A stretch of DNA of 63,208 bases from a virus. Its lineage: Duplodnaviria; Heunggongvirae; Uroviricota; Caudoviricetes. This document shows, piece after piece, positions 47,030-57,154 of this stretch. The position numbers were made by a program, and so were the translations under genes. Location of the stretch: IMG/VR virus record IMGVR_UViG_3300031134_000612; one strand, written 5' to 3'. The notes below the pieces were generated by a model that searched no databases, was not told the origin of the DNA, and saw only the letters and a list, made by a program, of their open reading frames with translations. Positions within the stretch are counted from its first letter, which is position 1. Every line of letters starts with the position of its first letter.

Positions 47030-48892
47030 ACTACCCCGCCATGAATGGCGAAGTTTCTTGGGGTTTTGAAAACTGTCCCCACCGCTGACGTTCATTGTCA
47101 GCTTCAAACAAAGCTGTCAGCTTTGCTTGCACGTTTTCTCTTTTCATTTTTGATGGAACATACTGTCCATCTTTCAACAGGTGAAAAGTGAACCGAAGAA
47201 CTTCCTCGGTTATTCTGTTTCTTACATTTTTTGATGCATTCTCATCGGCGTCTTCTTTATGACCACACACATTGCAATGAAAACTTCTTCCAGATCTAAC
47301 AGTGTGTTCCACACTGTGACAGTTTGAACAGGTTTTCGATGTATAGCTGGGTGTGGTCAAATGCACACGAATGCCTTTGTTATTCGCTTGTTCTTGAAAC
47401 CAATCTTTAACACTTGATAATCTTAACAAGCGAATAAGCTTTGAATACTTAATATTTAATGTTTCATCCTTGATGAAAGATGCTTTGCATTGTGAAAGAT
47501 TTAAATCTTCTAACACAATGTCGGTTATTCCTTCATTAATGAGGCTTTTTAAAGTGTTTGATATAAGTTCTTTAAAATGAAACTCAACACCGCCTAATAG
47601 CTTGTTAAATTGATCTTGCTCATATTGAGTTAATTGTTTAAACCCTTTCTTCTCAAAAGATTGTAGAGACTCTACAACCTTTTGAATATAATCACGGTTG
47701 TAATCAATGGCAAGGGTTTTATTGTGAAACGCAATGGTGCAGAAGTTTGAAGCAACATTTATATCAATTCCACATACTGCCTCTTTATTAATAACACTGT
47801 CTTTTTCTAATGGCTTGAAATATTCTTTTTCATCTTCGTAAGTTAAACCAATTTCAATGCGATTTTTTCTATTGAGACTCACTGTATGAACAGCGTCAAG
47901 ATTAAAATCATTAATATCGTTGTGATATTTAGGATTGAAAGCTAACGGAACATGGATATGTTCCTTGCCAATCCTAAAATTATACCAATATTTATACTCA
48001 TTAGATTCATCAACATAAATATGAGAATGGAGAGTTTGACCAATTTTAGGTATTTTCATGTAAGAACCTGTTGAAAACACAATCGATGTCTTCATGGACT
48101 TTAACATTCTCACTTGCTTTCGAAGTAAAAGGGTTTTAATTCTATCCCAAAGAAAAACTTCAACACCTTCTTTGGTGAAGTGCCTTTTAGTTCTTAGATC
48201 ATTAAGACTTGCGTTAAATTTTTCAATCTCTTGTATTTTTTTAGGATTATCTTCATTTTCTTTATGAGCTTTTAAAACAGAGTCAAGCCTAGAAGGATCA
48301 ACATAGATTAACCAATTTGACAAATTGGTTAATATTGTTGATTTATGAATAACTTCTGTTTTTTTTATATCACCTTTTAAAGCAATAACTTGTCCAAGGT
48401 GGTTGGTTACTTTGCGTTTATACCGTGTAATTTTAAATTCTTTTTGAAGAACGAACTTTTGATTATCGGTTAGTTTATCTGCCCAATTAGAATAAAAATC
48501 TACGATTTGTTGATATATTTTTTGAACTTCCCAAGAATATAATTCGGAACAGTTGAATTGTTTGGCATGAGAAATAAGTGTATTTTTAGAAGATGAAGAA
48601 ATAAGCGACATCTTATGATTGAAAATATGTTGAGAAATTTGATTTTTAAGCGACTTAACGAAAGCAAAATGCTCAACAAAACGTTGAGTCTTCTTCGAAT
48701 TGACAATCGAAGAAGCCGAGATACGTTTAGCTTTAATGCGTTTTTTTTCTGAACTACCGTAAGCCATTAGTTTTCCTATAAAAAGTCTTGCTAGAGTATA
48801 ACTTGATATCTAATAAAAAGCAAGCAAAAAAAGAAAGAAAACAAAAAACCATAAAATTCTTATCCTCCACCTGAAGGAAGAGGTATTGAATT
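47026..48892 (-). mobile_element. tnpB-only IS200/IS605-family (IS1341-like) element
   Basis: Subterminal hairpins CCTCTTCC-TTCA-GGTGGAGG (left end) and CGCCATTCATGGCG followed by GGGTAGTTCAT (right end); TTTAA immediately 5' of the left end; no tnpA; exact boundaries inferred. Confidence 0.7.
47031..48767 (-). CDS. tnpB: TnpB-family RNA-guided endonuclease
   Basis: RuvC-I CGIDIN, RuvC-II IVLEDL, CSNC..CNVC zinc finger, RuvC-III ADENAS, C-terminal QETSPFMAG overlapping the right-end hairpin. Confidence 0.9.
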   Translation of the reverse strand: MAYGSSEKKRIKAKRISASSIVNSKKTQRFVEHFAFVKSLKNQISQHIFNHKMSLISSSSKNTLISHAKQFNCSELYSWEVQKIYQQIVDFYSNWADKLTDNQKFVLQKEFKITRYKRKVTNHLGQVIALKGDIKKTEVIHKSTILTNLSNWLIYVDPSRLDSVLKAHKENEDNPKKIQEIEKFNASLNDLRTKRHFTKEGVEVFLWDRIKTLLLRKQVRMLKSMKTSIVFSTGSYMKIPKIGQTLHSHIYVDESNEYKYWYNFRIGKEHIHVPLAFNPKYHNDINDFNLDAVHTVSLNRKNRIEIGLTYEDEKEYFKPLEKDSVINKEAVCGIDINVASNFCTIAFHNKTLAIDYNRDYIQKVVESLQSFEKKGFKQLTQYEQDQFNKLLGGVEFHFKELISNTLKSLINEGITDIVLEDLNLSQCKASFIKDETLNIKYSKLIRLLRLSSVKDWFQEQANNKGIRVHLTTPSYTSKTCSNCHSVEHTVRSGRSFHCNVCGHKEDADENASKNVRNRITEEVLRFTFHLLKDGQYVPSKMKRENVQAKLTALFEADNERQRWGQFSKPQETSPFMAG

Positions 48893-48920
48893 TTAAATAT
48901 TGTTAACTACAGATAAAAAA

Positions 48921-48946
48921 AGAAAAGCCACATAAGTGGCTTTTTT
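48921..48946. terminator. Bidirectional intrinsic terminator
   Basis: AAAAGCCAC-ATAA-GTGGCTTTTTT. Confidence 0.75.
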
Positions 48947-48959
48947 GTTTTCTATACAA

Positions 48960-49613
48960 TCAAATAGCAAACATTTCTTTGGTCATCATCGTGTTTTTCA
49001 AGTCTTCGACTCGTTCATCAAACGTCTTGTGTTGACTGTCATGTTCAAAAAATTCGTCAATACGTGCAATGTAAGCTGTATAATCATGAATAAGGTGTTC
49101 AGCGAACAATTTAGCAGGGATATCCACCCCAGCATAGTTCACAAGGCCATTGGCATGCACTGTAACATAGGACAAGCGTTCAGTGCCAGTCGTAGCTACC
49201 CAAAAGCCTACACTCGGCTCATATTGGCCTTCCAAGTCTCCTGAGCTACCTTCAAACGCATGAATCACGAAATCAATTACTCGGATACGTGAGATTGTCT
49301 TGTTGTCCTTACTAACATCATACTGCAGACCATTGATATCACGAATCGCATTAAAGATAAAATCAACAACTTTCTGTTTTTTAATAAAGCGGTTTGTCAG
49401 ACTTTGGTTGTTAGACGAAATAGAATAATGGAATACATCTTGGCCTGCTCCAACCAAGGGACGGCGAGAAATTTCCAACAAATCAGCGTCACACATAAAA
49501 TAGGACTTGCTACGACCTTGTGTAAAACTGATTTTTTCATAGCCATAATTTGCAGTCAAAAACTTACCAATTTTCTTTTGTGTCGCCTTGTCGAATTTGC
49601 TGACTTCTTTCAT
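48960..49613 (-). CDS. Hypothetical protein, MxxI family
   Basis: Ends DLKNTMMTKEMFAI*. Confidence 0.7.
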   Translation of the reverse strand: MKEVSKFDKATQKKIGKFLTANYGYEKISFTQGRSKSYFMCDADLLEISRRPLVGAGQDVFHYSISSNNQSLTNRFIKKQKVVDFIFNAIRDINGLQYDVSKDNKTISRIRVIDFVIHAFEGSSGDLEGQYEPSVGFWVATTGTERLSYVTVHANGLVNYAGVDIPAKLFAEHLIHDYTAYIARIDEFFEHDSQHKTFDERVEDLKNTMMTKEMFAI

Positions 49614-49677
49614 CAATGCACCTTTCAATATCATTTTAGTTGGTAGGATTATATCATAATGCTTTCACATAGGCAAT

Positions 49678-49704
49678 AAAAAAGTCGCCCGAAAGCGACT
49701 TTTT
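49678..49704 (-). terminator. Intrinsic terminator
   Basis: AAAAGTCGC-TTTCGG-GCGACTTTTT on the minus strand. Confidence 0.75.
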
Positions 49705-49718
49705 CTGTAACACAAACC

Positions 49719-51203
49719 TTAGTAGGATTGTTGATTGCGTGGCTTGTAGCGAATAGTCACGCCATACTCTTTTGGAACAATCACTTCTGTGTTAACCACA
49801 TAAATGGTATCGCAGTAGTTCGGAACACCAAAACCATCACCAGTGTAACCGTCAGTGAACATGATGAAAAGCTTAGGTTTGATACGCTTTTCACGCATGA
49901 ATGCCCAATTCGCAAGGAAAGATGTGCCACCACCACCAAAGAACTCGTATTTAGGCAAACTACGAATGTTAGCTGGCGTGTATTCTTTCAAGCTCTGTGG
50001 ATACACTTTACCGTCAAACGTCCAAACGCGAAGCGTAAAATCTTTCTTGTATTGCTGAGCGATACCGGAAATTTCGGACAAGAAGTCAGCCATTTCCACT
50101 TCACCGATAGAACCCGAACAGTCGATTGCAATGTGAATGTCCACTTTTTCAACTTGACGGAAACCCGGCATGATGAACTCGCCATCGAAAGAACGGCGTG
50201 ACGGACGGCTCCAGTCGTCGCTCTCGCGGAACAATGAAGTAATACGAGTGCGAATGTATTGACGCCAGTTAATCTCTGGACGACGCATACGTTCAATCAA
50301 ACGCTCCAAGTCAGCAGGCATTGAACCAGCGTCCGAACCATTGGTGGAACGGCGAGCTTCTTCGTTATCCTTGTGCTGGTCGTAGGCGTTAATCATACGA
50401 TCCTTGAAGTCACGCATAATTTCTTCACGTTCTTCGGCAGTCAAATCACGCGGTTTGAAATCAGCACCACCATCAGCCTTGTCGCCACCACCTTCACACT
50501 GACCACCACCTTCTTGACCTTCCGGGTTGGCTTTACGTTTCTCGTTACCTTCTTGCTGGATACCTGTACCAACAGAGTGGTCGTCAAGCGTAGTACCTTT
50601 TTGACCGGCATTAGGGTCTTTCAACAAGTCTTTGTAGACTTCTTCCATGCTCATATCGTCATACTTTTTATCGTAGAACAATTGGATAACTTCTTTACGG
50701 ATAAGAGTACCCACTTTGCAAGTTACCAAGTCACGGTTTACGCAGTAGTCAGCCGCAATGTTAGCAAGTTTCGCATGAAGGCGAATCTTTTCATCAAACG
50801 TCATATCGTTGTCTACATAATGCTCATAATCGTTCACGGTCGCAATCGCACGGCCAAAGTGGTCGTAGGCAACGTGAAGAATTTCGTGACCATACACAAA
50901 CTGAATTTCTTCTGGTTCAAGCAAGAGGAAAAAACCTACGTTGTAGTAGAAATGCTTACCATCGGTAGCGGCTGTTACAAGCCATTTAGAGGCGTCTACA
51001 AGCTCAAGGTTCATCGCCATGATGCCAAAGAATGGTTGACGCATAAGGAAGTTAGAACGAGCCTGATAGATTTTTTCTTCAACGATATCAATTTCTTCCT
51101 TACTGTAAGGGAGAGTTCGTTCCTTAACAGCCTGCAAAATTGGCGACAGTTCATCACCCTTTTCGCTGACTTCATCTTTCTTTTTTCCTTTGAGAATTGA
51201 CAT
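49719..51203 (-). CDS. Metallopeptidase-like (HExxH) plus vWA domain protein, DUF2201-like (module 1)
   Basis: TAATDG, GHEILH, NIAADYCVN, IAIDCSGSI MIDAS, GGGGTSF, FTDG. Confidence 0.88.
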   Translation of the reverse strand: MSILKGKKKDEVSEKGDELSPILQAVKERTLPYSKEEIDIVEEKIYQARSNFLMRQPFFGIMAMNLELVDASKWLVTAATDGKHFYYNVGFFLLLEPEEIQFVYGHEILHVAYDHFGRAIATVNDYEHYVDNDMTFDEKIRLHAKLANIAADYCVNRDLVTCKVGTLIRKEVIQLFYDKKYDDMSMEEVYKDLLKDPNAGQKGTTLDDHSVGTGIQQEGNEKRKANPEGQEGGGQCEGGGDKADGGADFKPRDLTAEEREEIMRDFKDRMINAYDQHKDNEEARRSTNGSDAGSMPADLERLIERMRRPEINWRQYIRTRITSLFRESDDWSRPSRRSFDGEFIMPGFRQVEKVDIHIAIDCSGSIGEVEMADFLSEISGIAQQYKKDFTLRVWTFDGKVYPQSLKEYTPANIRSLPKYEFFGGGGTSFLANWAFMREKRIKPKLFIMFTDGYTGDGFGVPNYCDTIYVVNTEVIVPKEYGVTIRYKPRNQQSY

Positions 51204-51393
51204 ATATTTATTTCCTCATGTTCTGTTTTAGTGAAGCCATTATACCAAGAAACAACGTCAATATCAACCTATTTCTTTAATTAAATGATCTTTTTCTAAA
51301 AGTAATTAGTATGTGTTCAGTGTAGGTTCCTAGTATACCATGATGAAAAACAAAAGGCAAAAGAAACCACCAGAAAAGCTCTTTATGCAGTCA

Positions 51394-51418
51394 AAAAAAA
51401 GCCCCTTTCGGGGCTTTG
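51394..51418 (-). terminator. Terminator between the AAA and vWA genes
   Basis: AAAGCCCC-GAAA-GGGGCTTTTTTTT on the minus strand. Confidence 0.8.
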
Positions 51419-51446
51419 GCTTTCGCCAGTTACACACTCGACTGTG

Positions 51447-52829
51447 TTAGTTTTTGAGGCGTGCCGCGTTGAACTCCGTAGCCACAAGGTCAAACACTTT
51501 CTTGTCCATGTGGTTAGGCATTGGCATAACCTTGTAACGCTTCAACATCACGGTGATGATACCGAAGACAAACAACTCACGAGCGAAGTGTGCCTTTGCA
51601 AACAAGATGTAGTGTTCCATGCTTTTCACATAAGACTTCAACACATCTTCATACTGCTTCGATTTATCACCAGCCTCTTTCTTAACTTCTTCCAACTTCG
51701 TTTTCATTTCTTTCAGTGCGTGAGAACAATCGTTCGCAATGAAGTATTGAGCGGAAGTTTTGGACTTCAACTGTGGAAGGTCGAACTTCTTACCATCAAG
51801 AATGTCACGAGCCTTCGGCAAATCCATACCTTCTTTCACGAAACCAGCAAACTCTACCGCGATACCGCTACCAACACAAGACGCCGCGATGACAGAAATG
51901 TCGTTCTCGTTGATTTTATCGTCTTCTTCATGGACGTAGAAATCATCACCTTCTTCATCAAGAGCCTTCTTAGTAGCAGTCGGCTGATAATCACCGTAAG
52001 CCGCAAACAAAGCCTTGCTCAACATTTCCCATGAACGTGGGGTTGCGAACGCTTTTTCATCAGAAGACAAGAGGCGGTCAACGTTAAAGTCTTGCAACTT
52101 GCTACCGTTTGCACCGATTGACAGGTAAGCCAACACGTATGGGTGCATACCGTTTTCCGAAGCAAAGTTCAACCATTGTTCAGTGTTTACGTCCATCAAG
52201 TAGTGGCGGAAACGGTTAGCCAAAGGCAACGGCATGGAGTTAGTCACACCACCATCGGATTCCAAGTTACCAGCCGCGAAAACTACGTCCTTTGAACCGA
52301 GTTCGAAGCAACCGATGCGACGGTCGTTAATGAACTGGTAAGCAGCAGCCATTGTCGCTGGTGAACCGGAGTTCAATTCGTCGAAGAAGTATGCAGTTGG
52401 TTTCTTGTATTTCTCCCACTGCTCTTTCGCACGGCGAAGGAAGTCAGGCATTGCCCATGCAACAGTTGTTTCTTTGGTCACGTTGAACGCTTGTTCAAGA
52501 ACCGCTTCACCTTTTTCATCAACCTGTGGAACACCTTTTTCGTCATAAACAGGCACGAATACTGGTTTACCGGCTGCGTCCAAGATTGGAGTCTTGATTA
52601 CTTTGTCGTCTTTTGCTGGCAGACCACGAAGGTCAACGCTTTCAATTTGAGAGAGACGAATATCTTCAAAGTGGAAACCCATTTTCTCAACAAGAGCTTG
52701 CAGGATGCGAGACTTACCGATACCCGGATTACCCCATACGAAGAATGGTGTTTGTGAGTGGATGCAGTTCAGTGCATGTTTACGAAGACCTTTTGGGGAA
52801 ACTTTAATCATTGTGCTGTTAGTAGTCAT
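51447..52829 (-). CDS. MoxR/AAA_5-type AAA+ ATPase (module 1)
   Basis: Walker A WGNPGIGKS, Walker B YFFDE, AAGN sensor, LANRF arginine finger, TPRSWE. Confidence 0.92.
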   Translation of the reverse strand: MTTNSTMIKVSPKGLRKHALNCIHSQTPFFVWGNPGIGKSRILQALVEKMGFHFEDIRLSQIESVDLRGLPAKDDKVIKTPILDAAGKPVFVPVYDEKGVPQVDEKGEAVLEQAFNVTKETTVAWAMPDFLRRAKEQWEKYKKPTAYFFDELNSGSPATMAAAYQFINDRRIGCFELGSKDVVFAAGNLESDGGVTNSMPLPLANRFRHYLMDVNTEQWLNFASENGMHPYVLAYLSIGANGSKLQDFNVDRLLSSDEKAFATPRSWEMLSKALFAAYGDYQPTATKKALDEEGDDFYVHEEDDKINENDISVIAASCVGSGIAVEFAGFVKEGMDLPKARDILDGKKFDLPQLKSKTSAQYFIANDCSHALKEMKTKLEEVKKEAGDKSKQYEDVLKSYVKSMEHYILFAKAHFARELFVFGIITVMLKRYKVMPMPNHMDKKVFDLVATEFNAARLKN

Positions 52830-52860
52830 TCTGTGAATCTCCTATCGAGTGTGTTTAGTT

Positions 52861-53167
52861 AGTATATCAAAGTTTATTTCTTTTTACAACAAGTTTTTTC
52901 GTTTTTCCTTGATTAAGTCGGACTTTATTCTGTATTCCGTCTCTCTCATTTGTGTGTCTATTATAGTCTATTTGGCTACCTACCGTCAAGCTTTTTTTTC
53001 GTTTCATTCAACTTTGTTTTTTCAAGTTGTCTGTCGCTTTCAGTGTGTAATCTTAACTCATTTTACAACTCTGTGCAAGCTTTATTTCTAACGCTGTTCA
53101 ACTTTGTTTTTAAGCTGTTCATCGTTTCAAGGTGGCTAGTATATGCTAAAACTTATCACTAGGTCAA
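52861..53167 (-). promoter_or_regulatory. Four tandem sigma70-type promoters at about 90-100 bp period
   Basis: TTGACC-18-TATACT, TTGCAC-17-TAAGAT, TTGACG-18-TATAAT, TTGTAA-17-TATACT; repeated TTCAACTTTGTTTTT (plus strand) between them. Confidence 0.75.
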
Positions 53168-53245
53168 GCACTAATTTCAATTATTTTAAAACTTTTTTGC
53201 TGAAACGATTTAGCACTGGAAAGGGCACCGAAATGCCCAACCAGA

Positions 53246-53722
53246 TTAAGCTACTAAAGGAAGAAAGGCTGTATTACAGGCCAAAAAGATTTCATCATCA
53301 GTTAATTGAAAGGTTTCTTCATTAATAACAATGAGTGCCGTTGACAACATATCAGCCGCTGTTGCCGGTGAAGCACGGTTAGCTCTCAAATAGTCGCCAG
53401 CCGCTACAACGCGATCACTCGCAATAAAGGTAACAACTGTGCAAACGCCACACAAATCATCTTGACCTTCATTAAACTTTGCCGATGGCACACTTTTGAT
53501 AGCGGTAAGAGCCGTATAGAAGTCTTCCAACTCTTTATGCTTGCCACCTTGAAGAATGACTTCGATTTCTGACGTTTCATCCCACTCATTAAAAAGTGCT
53601 TGTGCGTCTACTGACATTTTAGATCGACCTGACCATAACCGATTAAGGCCATGACAGACTTGTGGCGTAACATTACTGCCACGAATATAGAAGTTCATAA
53701 TACTGTATCGTTTGGATTTCAT
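53246..53722 (-). CDS. Peptidyl-tRNA hydrolase 2 (PTH2)-like fold protein
   Basis: QVCHG, EVILQGG, F.E..D...VCTVV pattern; motif divergent. Confidence 0.45.
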   Translation of the reverse strand: MKSKRYSIMNFYIRGSNVTPQVCHGLNRLWSGRSKMSVDAQALFNEWDETSEIEVILQGGKHKELEDFYTALTAIKSVPSAKFNEGQDDLCGVCTVVTFIASDRVVAAGDYLRANRASPATAADMLSTALIVINEETFQLTDDEIFLACNTAFLPLVA

Positions 53723-53877
53723 GATATATCCTCCTATTTCAAATCATTACGCCAGAATATCAAAAAATCCTAAATAAGTCTACAATTATTTTTAATTTTA
53801 TCTGATTTAACGGTCTTGATTTATATTCTGTTATCCTGTACTATGGAAGAAATTCAGAAGGATAAAAGGAGCTACAC

Positions 53878-54102
53878 ATGTATATTTGCTTATGCAGCGG
53901 TTATAAAACATCAGATCTGAAAAGAGATGTTGAAGCGAATAAAACCGTAAAGGACATCATTTCCGAAAACAATATTGATGCTGGTTGTAAGAAATGCTGC
54001 AAAACCTTGAAAGCAGAATACAAGAGCTGTCTTGAGTCTGTTGTTGGAACAACATATGTTGAAATTAAGGAAGATATTCTAGAATTAGCTGTCGCAGTTT
54101 GA
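53878..54102 (+). CDS. Bfd-like [2Fe-2S]-binding protein
   Basis: MYICLCSG....GCKKC; AGGAG RBS. Confidence 0.85.
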   Translation: MYICLCSGYKTSDLKRDVEANKTVKDIISENNIDAGCKKCCKTLKAEYKSCLESVVGTTYVEIKEDILELAVAV

Positions 54103-54151
54103 ATCTAGATTTTAATTTGGTATAATAATACTAAGGATAAGGAGATTTGGT

Positions 54152-54574
54152 ATGTTAGTTAATCAAAAGCTTGAAATGCCTGAAAGAAAGTTCGTGAAAC
54201 ATCCAGAAAGTATACAGATAATTGTAGAAGAATTAGCTGAACAGGATGATATCTCTCCAATTAGTCAAGACACCTGTCATGGCCTCATCTTTAATTATAC
54301 GAGTTATCTTCAACAAAATAAAAAAGTAAGAATTGATATAAAACTAGACGATATGATGTTTAGTGGTAATGCGGTAGTAACCAACTGTCGTAAAGTTAAC
54401 AAAGGTTATGAAGTAAAAGTTGAATTTTTATCCAGTTGTGAAGAATTTAAAGTAAAAATGGCTTTACAAGTCTGTCAAATCAAAGATTTTCTCATCTCAA
54501 AACAGCAATGTCAATCTCAAAACGAAAATGAAACAGCACTTAAATGGATTAATTCAAATGCTGCTAAGTTCTAA
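54152..54574 (+). CDS. Single-domain PilZ-like protein with degenerate c-di-GMP motifs
   Basis: ERKFVKHP, DTCHGL, YEVKVEF, C-terminal QVCQI..WINSNAAKF. Confidence 0.65.
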   Translation: MLVNQKLEMPERKFVKHPESIQIIVEELAEQDDISPISQDTCHGLIFNYTSYLQQNKKVRIDIKLDDMMFSGNAVVTNCRKVNKGYEVKVEFLSSCEEFKVKMALQVCQIKDFLISKQQCQSQNENETALKWINSNAAKF

Positions 54575-54583
54575 AAATACTAA

Positions 54584-54814
54584 TTAAGCTATATACAAAT
54601 CAAAACCAACATCTTCATGTTCCAGAGTTTCCAAAAACCCTGTAATCGCCTTCTTAGCTTCATCATTATGATCGAAGTTCTTCACAAAAGTATTATTAAT
54701 AAACAATCGCCCTTCTTTTACACTAATGTCAATATCATCAAAACGATCAATCGTCATTATAAACGTGTCACCACAAAAAACATCATCATTTTCTAATACT
54801 AGATTTGTTGTCAT
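54584..54814 (-). CDS. Small acidic hypothetical protein
   Basis: ATG at 54814 with GGAG RBS. Confidence 0.55.
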   Translation of the reverse strand: MTTNLVLENDDVFCGDTFIMTIDRFDDIDISVKEGRLFINNTFVKNFDHNDEAKKAITGFLETLEHEDVGFDLYIA

Positions 54815-54907
54815 TTTACTTCTCCTATAAACTATGTATAGTATATTATAGAATATAATAAAATCAACCATTTTATGCGTTTTTAATCAATTAGAGGAAT
54901 AAAAAAA

Positions 54908-55291
54908 ATGTTACTTAAATACCGTTTGGAATTGCTACTTATCGTGTTGGTAGGCATGCTCTCATATGCCAACCATTTAATGTTGACCAGTATTTTTTTA
55001 GGATTGGTATTTATTGAGTTAGCCGTGAACATTGTTATCTATAAAAACTTGATAGGAAATCCTACAAAACTAGCTGTTCTATTGAGAGAAATGAAAGAAT
55101 ACAAAGAGAAAAAGAAAACAACCAGAGAGAAACTAATTAAAATAGAGTTTTGGATTGTCTTGATTGGTATTGTTACTGCAGCGTTATTAACAAAAAGTAT
55201 TCTTATTATAGCTATCTCACTGTTTGTTGTCGTACTGGAAGTCGGGAAACTATTACTCTTTAAGAAACTACAAAAAGAAAGCCTTCAATGA
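54908..55291 (+). CDS. Membrane protein (4 TM)
   Basis: Four hydrophobic segments; GAGG RBS. Confidence 0.7.
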   Translation: MLLKYRLELLLIVLVGMLSYANHLMLTSIFLGLVFIELAVNIVIYKNLIGNPTKLAVLLREMKEYKEKKKTTREKLIKIEFWIVLIGIVTAALLTKSILIIAISLFVVVLEVGKLLLFKKLQKESLQ

Positions 55292-55302
55292 AGGTTCTTT
55301 TT

Positions 55303-56604
55303 TTAAATTGTTTTATTTCTTATGACCGTAGTGCTATCCACAATCACCGCTTGCAAACTCGTCATAATCTCTTCTAATTTGCCCGCTAACTGACGGCTGT
55401 TCTCTGTATCATTAATGACATTGTTAATATGCTTCAACGACAAATTGATTTCTTCTTGAATGTTTGTAATCACTTCAAAGATCTCTTTAACCGCACTTTC
55501 TGTATTCTGAGATAAATTTCTGACTTCTTGTGCGACTACTGAAAATCCACGGCCAGCATCGCCCGCCCTTGCTGCTTCGATAGCGGCATTCAATGCCAAC
55601 AAATTCGTTTGAACTGAAATTTTGTTAATGGTGTCAACAATTGAGTTGATTTTATTTGACTGATTATGCAATGAATTAAGGTGAGTATTGGTAATATCAA
55701 CATGTTCTTTAATGTTGAACATTTCTTTGGTCGTTTGTTGAATGTAGTCTACACCACTGTTAGAGAGTTCAACACTTTGGTCAGACAAACTTAATGCTAA
55801 ATTTGAAATGTCTTTTTGGTTATTGAACTGTTGTATAAACTTAGTCGTATCACTCGCCACTTTAATCACTTTATAGACGACACCATCTTCATCAAAGACT
55901 GGATTATAAGACGCTTCCAACCAAAGTTCACGACCATGTTTATCCACTCGTTTAAATTTATCTGAAAAGAAGTTACCTTTCTTTAAAGATTCCCAGAATT
56001 GACGATACTCGTTACTTTTCTTATAGTCGTTTTCACAAAAAATAGAGTGGTGTTGCCCCACAATTTCTTTCTTTGTATACTTTACAGTTTTCAAAAAATT
56101 ATCATTGGCATCCAAAATCATTCCATCTGGTGTAAACTCAATGATTGCCATAGAAAGATTAATAGCTTTAATCTTGTGATCAACTTCTATTTTAGCCCCC
56201 ACAAGTTCGTTAATATTCGTAAACACACCCACCACTTCTAATAATCTATGATTTGAATCAATAATCGGGGTAAACACACTTTCAAACCATACTGAATGAT
56301 TGTGTTTGTTGCTGAATGAAATAATTTGATTAACTGAAACACCACGTTTTAATTCAGTCCACATGTCTTTATATTCTTTACTGTTCACATAGTCTTTTGA
56401 CAATAAAGAAGAATGATTACGACCTTTAATATCTTGTAAATCATAACCTAATATCGCTAGCATTTTAGTATTAATATCATTAACTGTTCCATTGGAGTCA
56501 AATCGAATGATACCAGTGGAGAGACTGATATGTTCTTGAACCGACTTCAAAGCTTCTATTTCAAAAATTAAGCTTGCAATTCTTTCTTTGTTTTTGTTAA
56601 ACAT
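55303..56604 (-). CDS. Soluble PAS-PAS methyl-accepting chemotaxis protein (BdlA-like architecture)
   Basis: Two PAS/PAC repeats ([18 protein letters not shown]); [33 protein letters not shown]; no TM. Confidence 0.93.
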   Translation of the reverse strand: MFNKNKERIASLIFEIEALKSVQEHISLSTGIIRFDSNGTVNDINTKMLAILGYDLQDIKGRNHSSLLSKDYVNSKEYKDMWTELKRGVSVNQIISFSNKHNHSVWFESVFTPIIDSNHRLLEVVGVFTNINELVGAKIEVDHKIKAINLSMAIIEFTPDGMILDANDNFLKTVKYTKKEIVGQHHSIFCENDYKKSNEYRQFWESLKKGNFFSDKFKRVDKHGRELWLEASYNPVFDEDGVVYKVIKVASDTTKFIQQFNNQKDISNLALSLSDQSVELSNSGVDYIQQTTKEMFNIKEHVDITNTHLNSLHNQSNKINSIVDTINKISVQTNLLALNAAIEAARAGDAGRGFSVVAQEVRNLSQNTESAVKEIFEVITNIQEEINLSLKHINNVINDTENSRQLAGKLEEIMTSLQAVIVDSTTVIRNKTI

Positions 56605-57154
56605 ATTAGTCTCCCTCTGTGGTCTAATAATGAGAAAATTAACACATTTTAAATAGGTGTCAAGGACATGTCGCCAAAAAAAAGACTTAATAAAAGCCTT
56701 TAAATAGAGGAACTTACGTTGTTTATGTCGTTTTTAGATATATAAAAAATTAAATATTAGCATAGAGGTTTAAATATAACAATATAATAAGTCAATATCA
56801 TTTCTGCTATATTAATTATTGTTTTCAATTACTTACAATAATTTACATTTTAAAATAAACCATTAAATAAACGATTTACCATTGAACTAAAAACGACAAT
56901 TTTAGATGTATAAAAGATTTTTTATTAACATTAAAAATAAATAAAAATATTTTTTAAATTTTGATAAAATAGCAAAAAAAGAATGTTTTTAAACAGCACT
57001 TCAGTACTATCGTTGATTTTACATATGAATAGATGTCTGCTCAAAAAATATGACAATGATCATAATTTATCAAAAAAAGTTCAAATTATGACTAGTCGGT
57101 CAAACAAAAATAAAAAAAAGAAGCCGAAGCTTCTTATTGGATTTCTAAATAATT

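Noticed and set aside
47031-48767. Cas12f/Cas14 effector
   Set aside because: No adjacent CRISPR array or cas1/2/4. IS200/IS605-type end hairpins flank the gene and overlap its C-terminus, as for TnpB.
56640-57150. Long AT-rich gap, and ORF 56983..57183, as an origin or gene
   Set aside because: No convincing iterons, DnaA-box cluster or RBS. The ORF is low-complexity and overlaps the convergent gene end.
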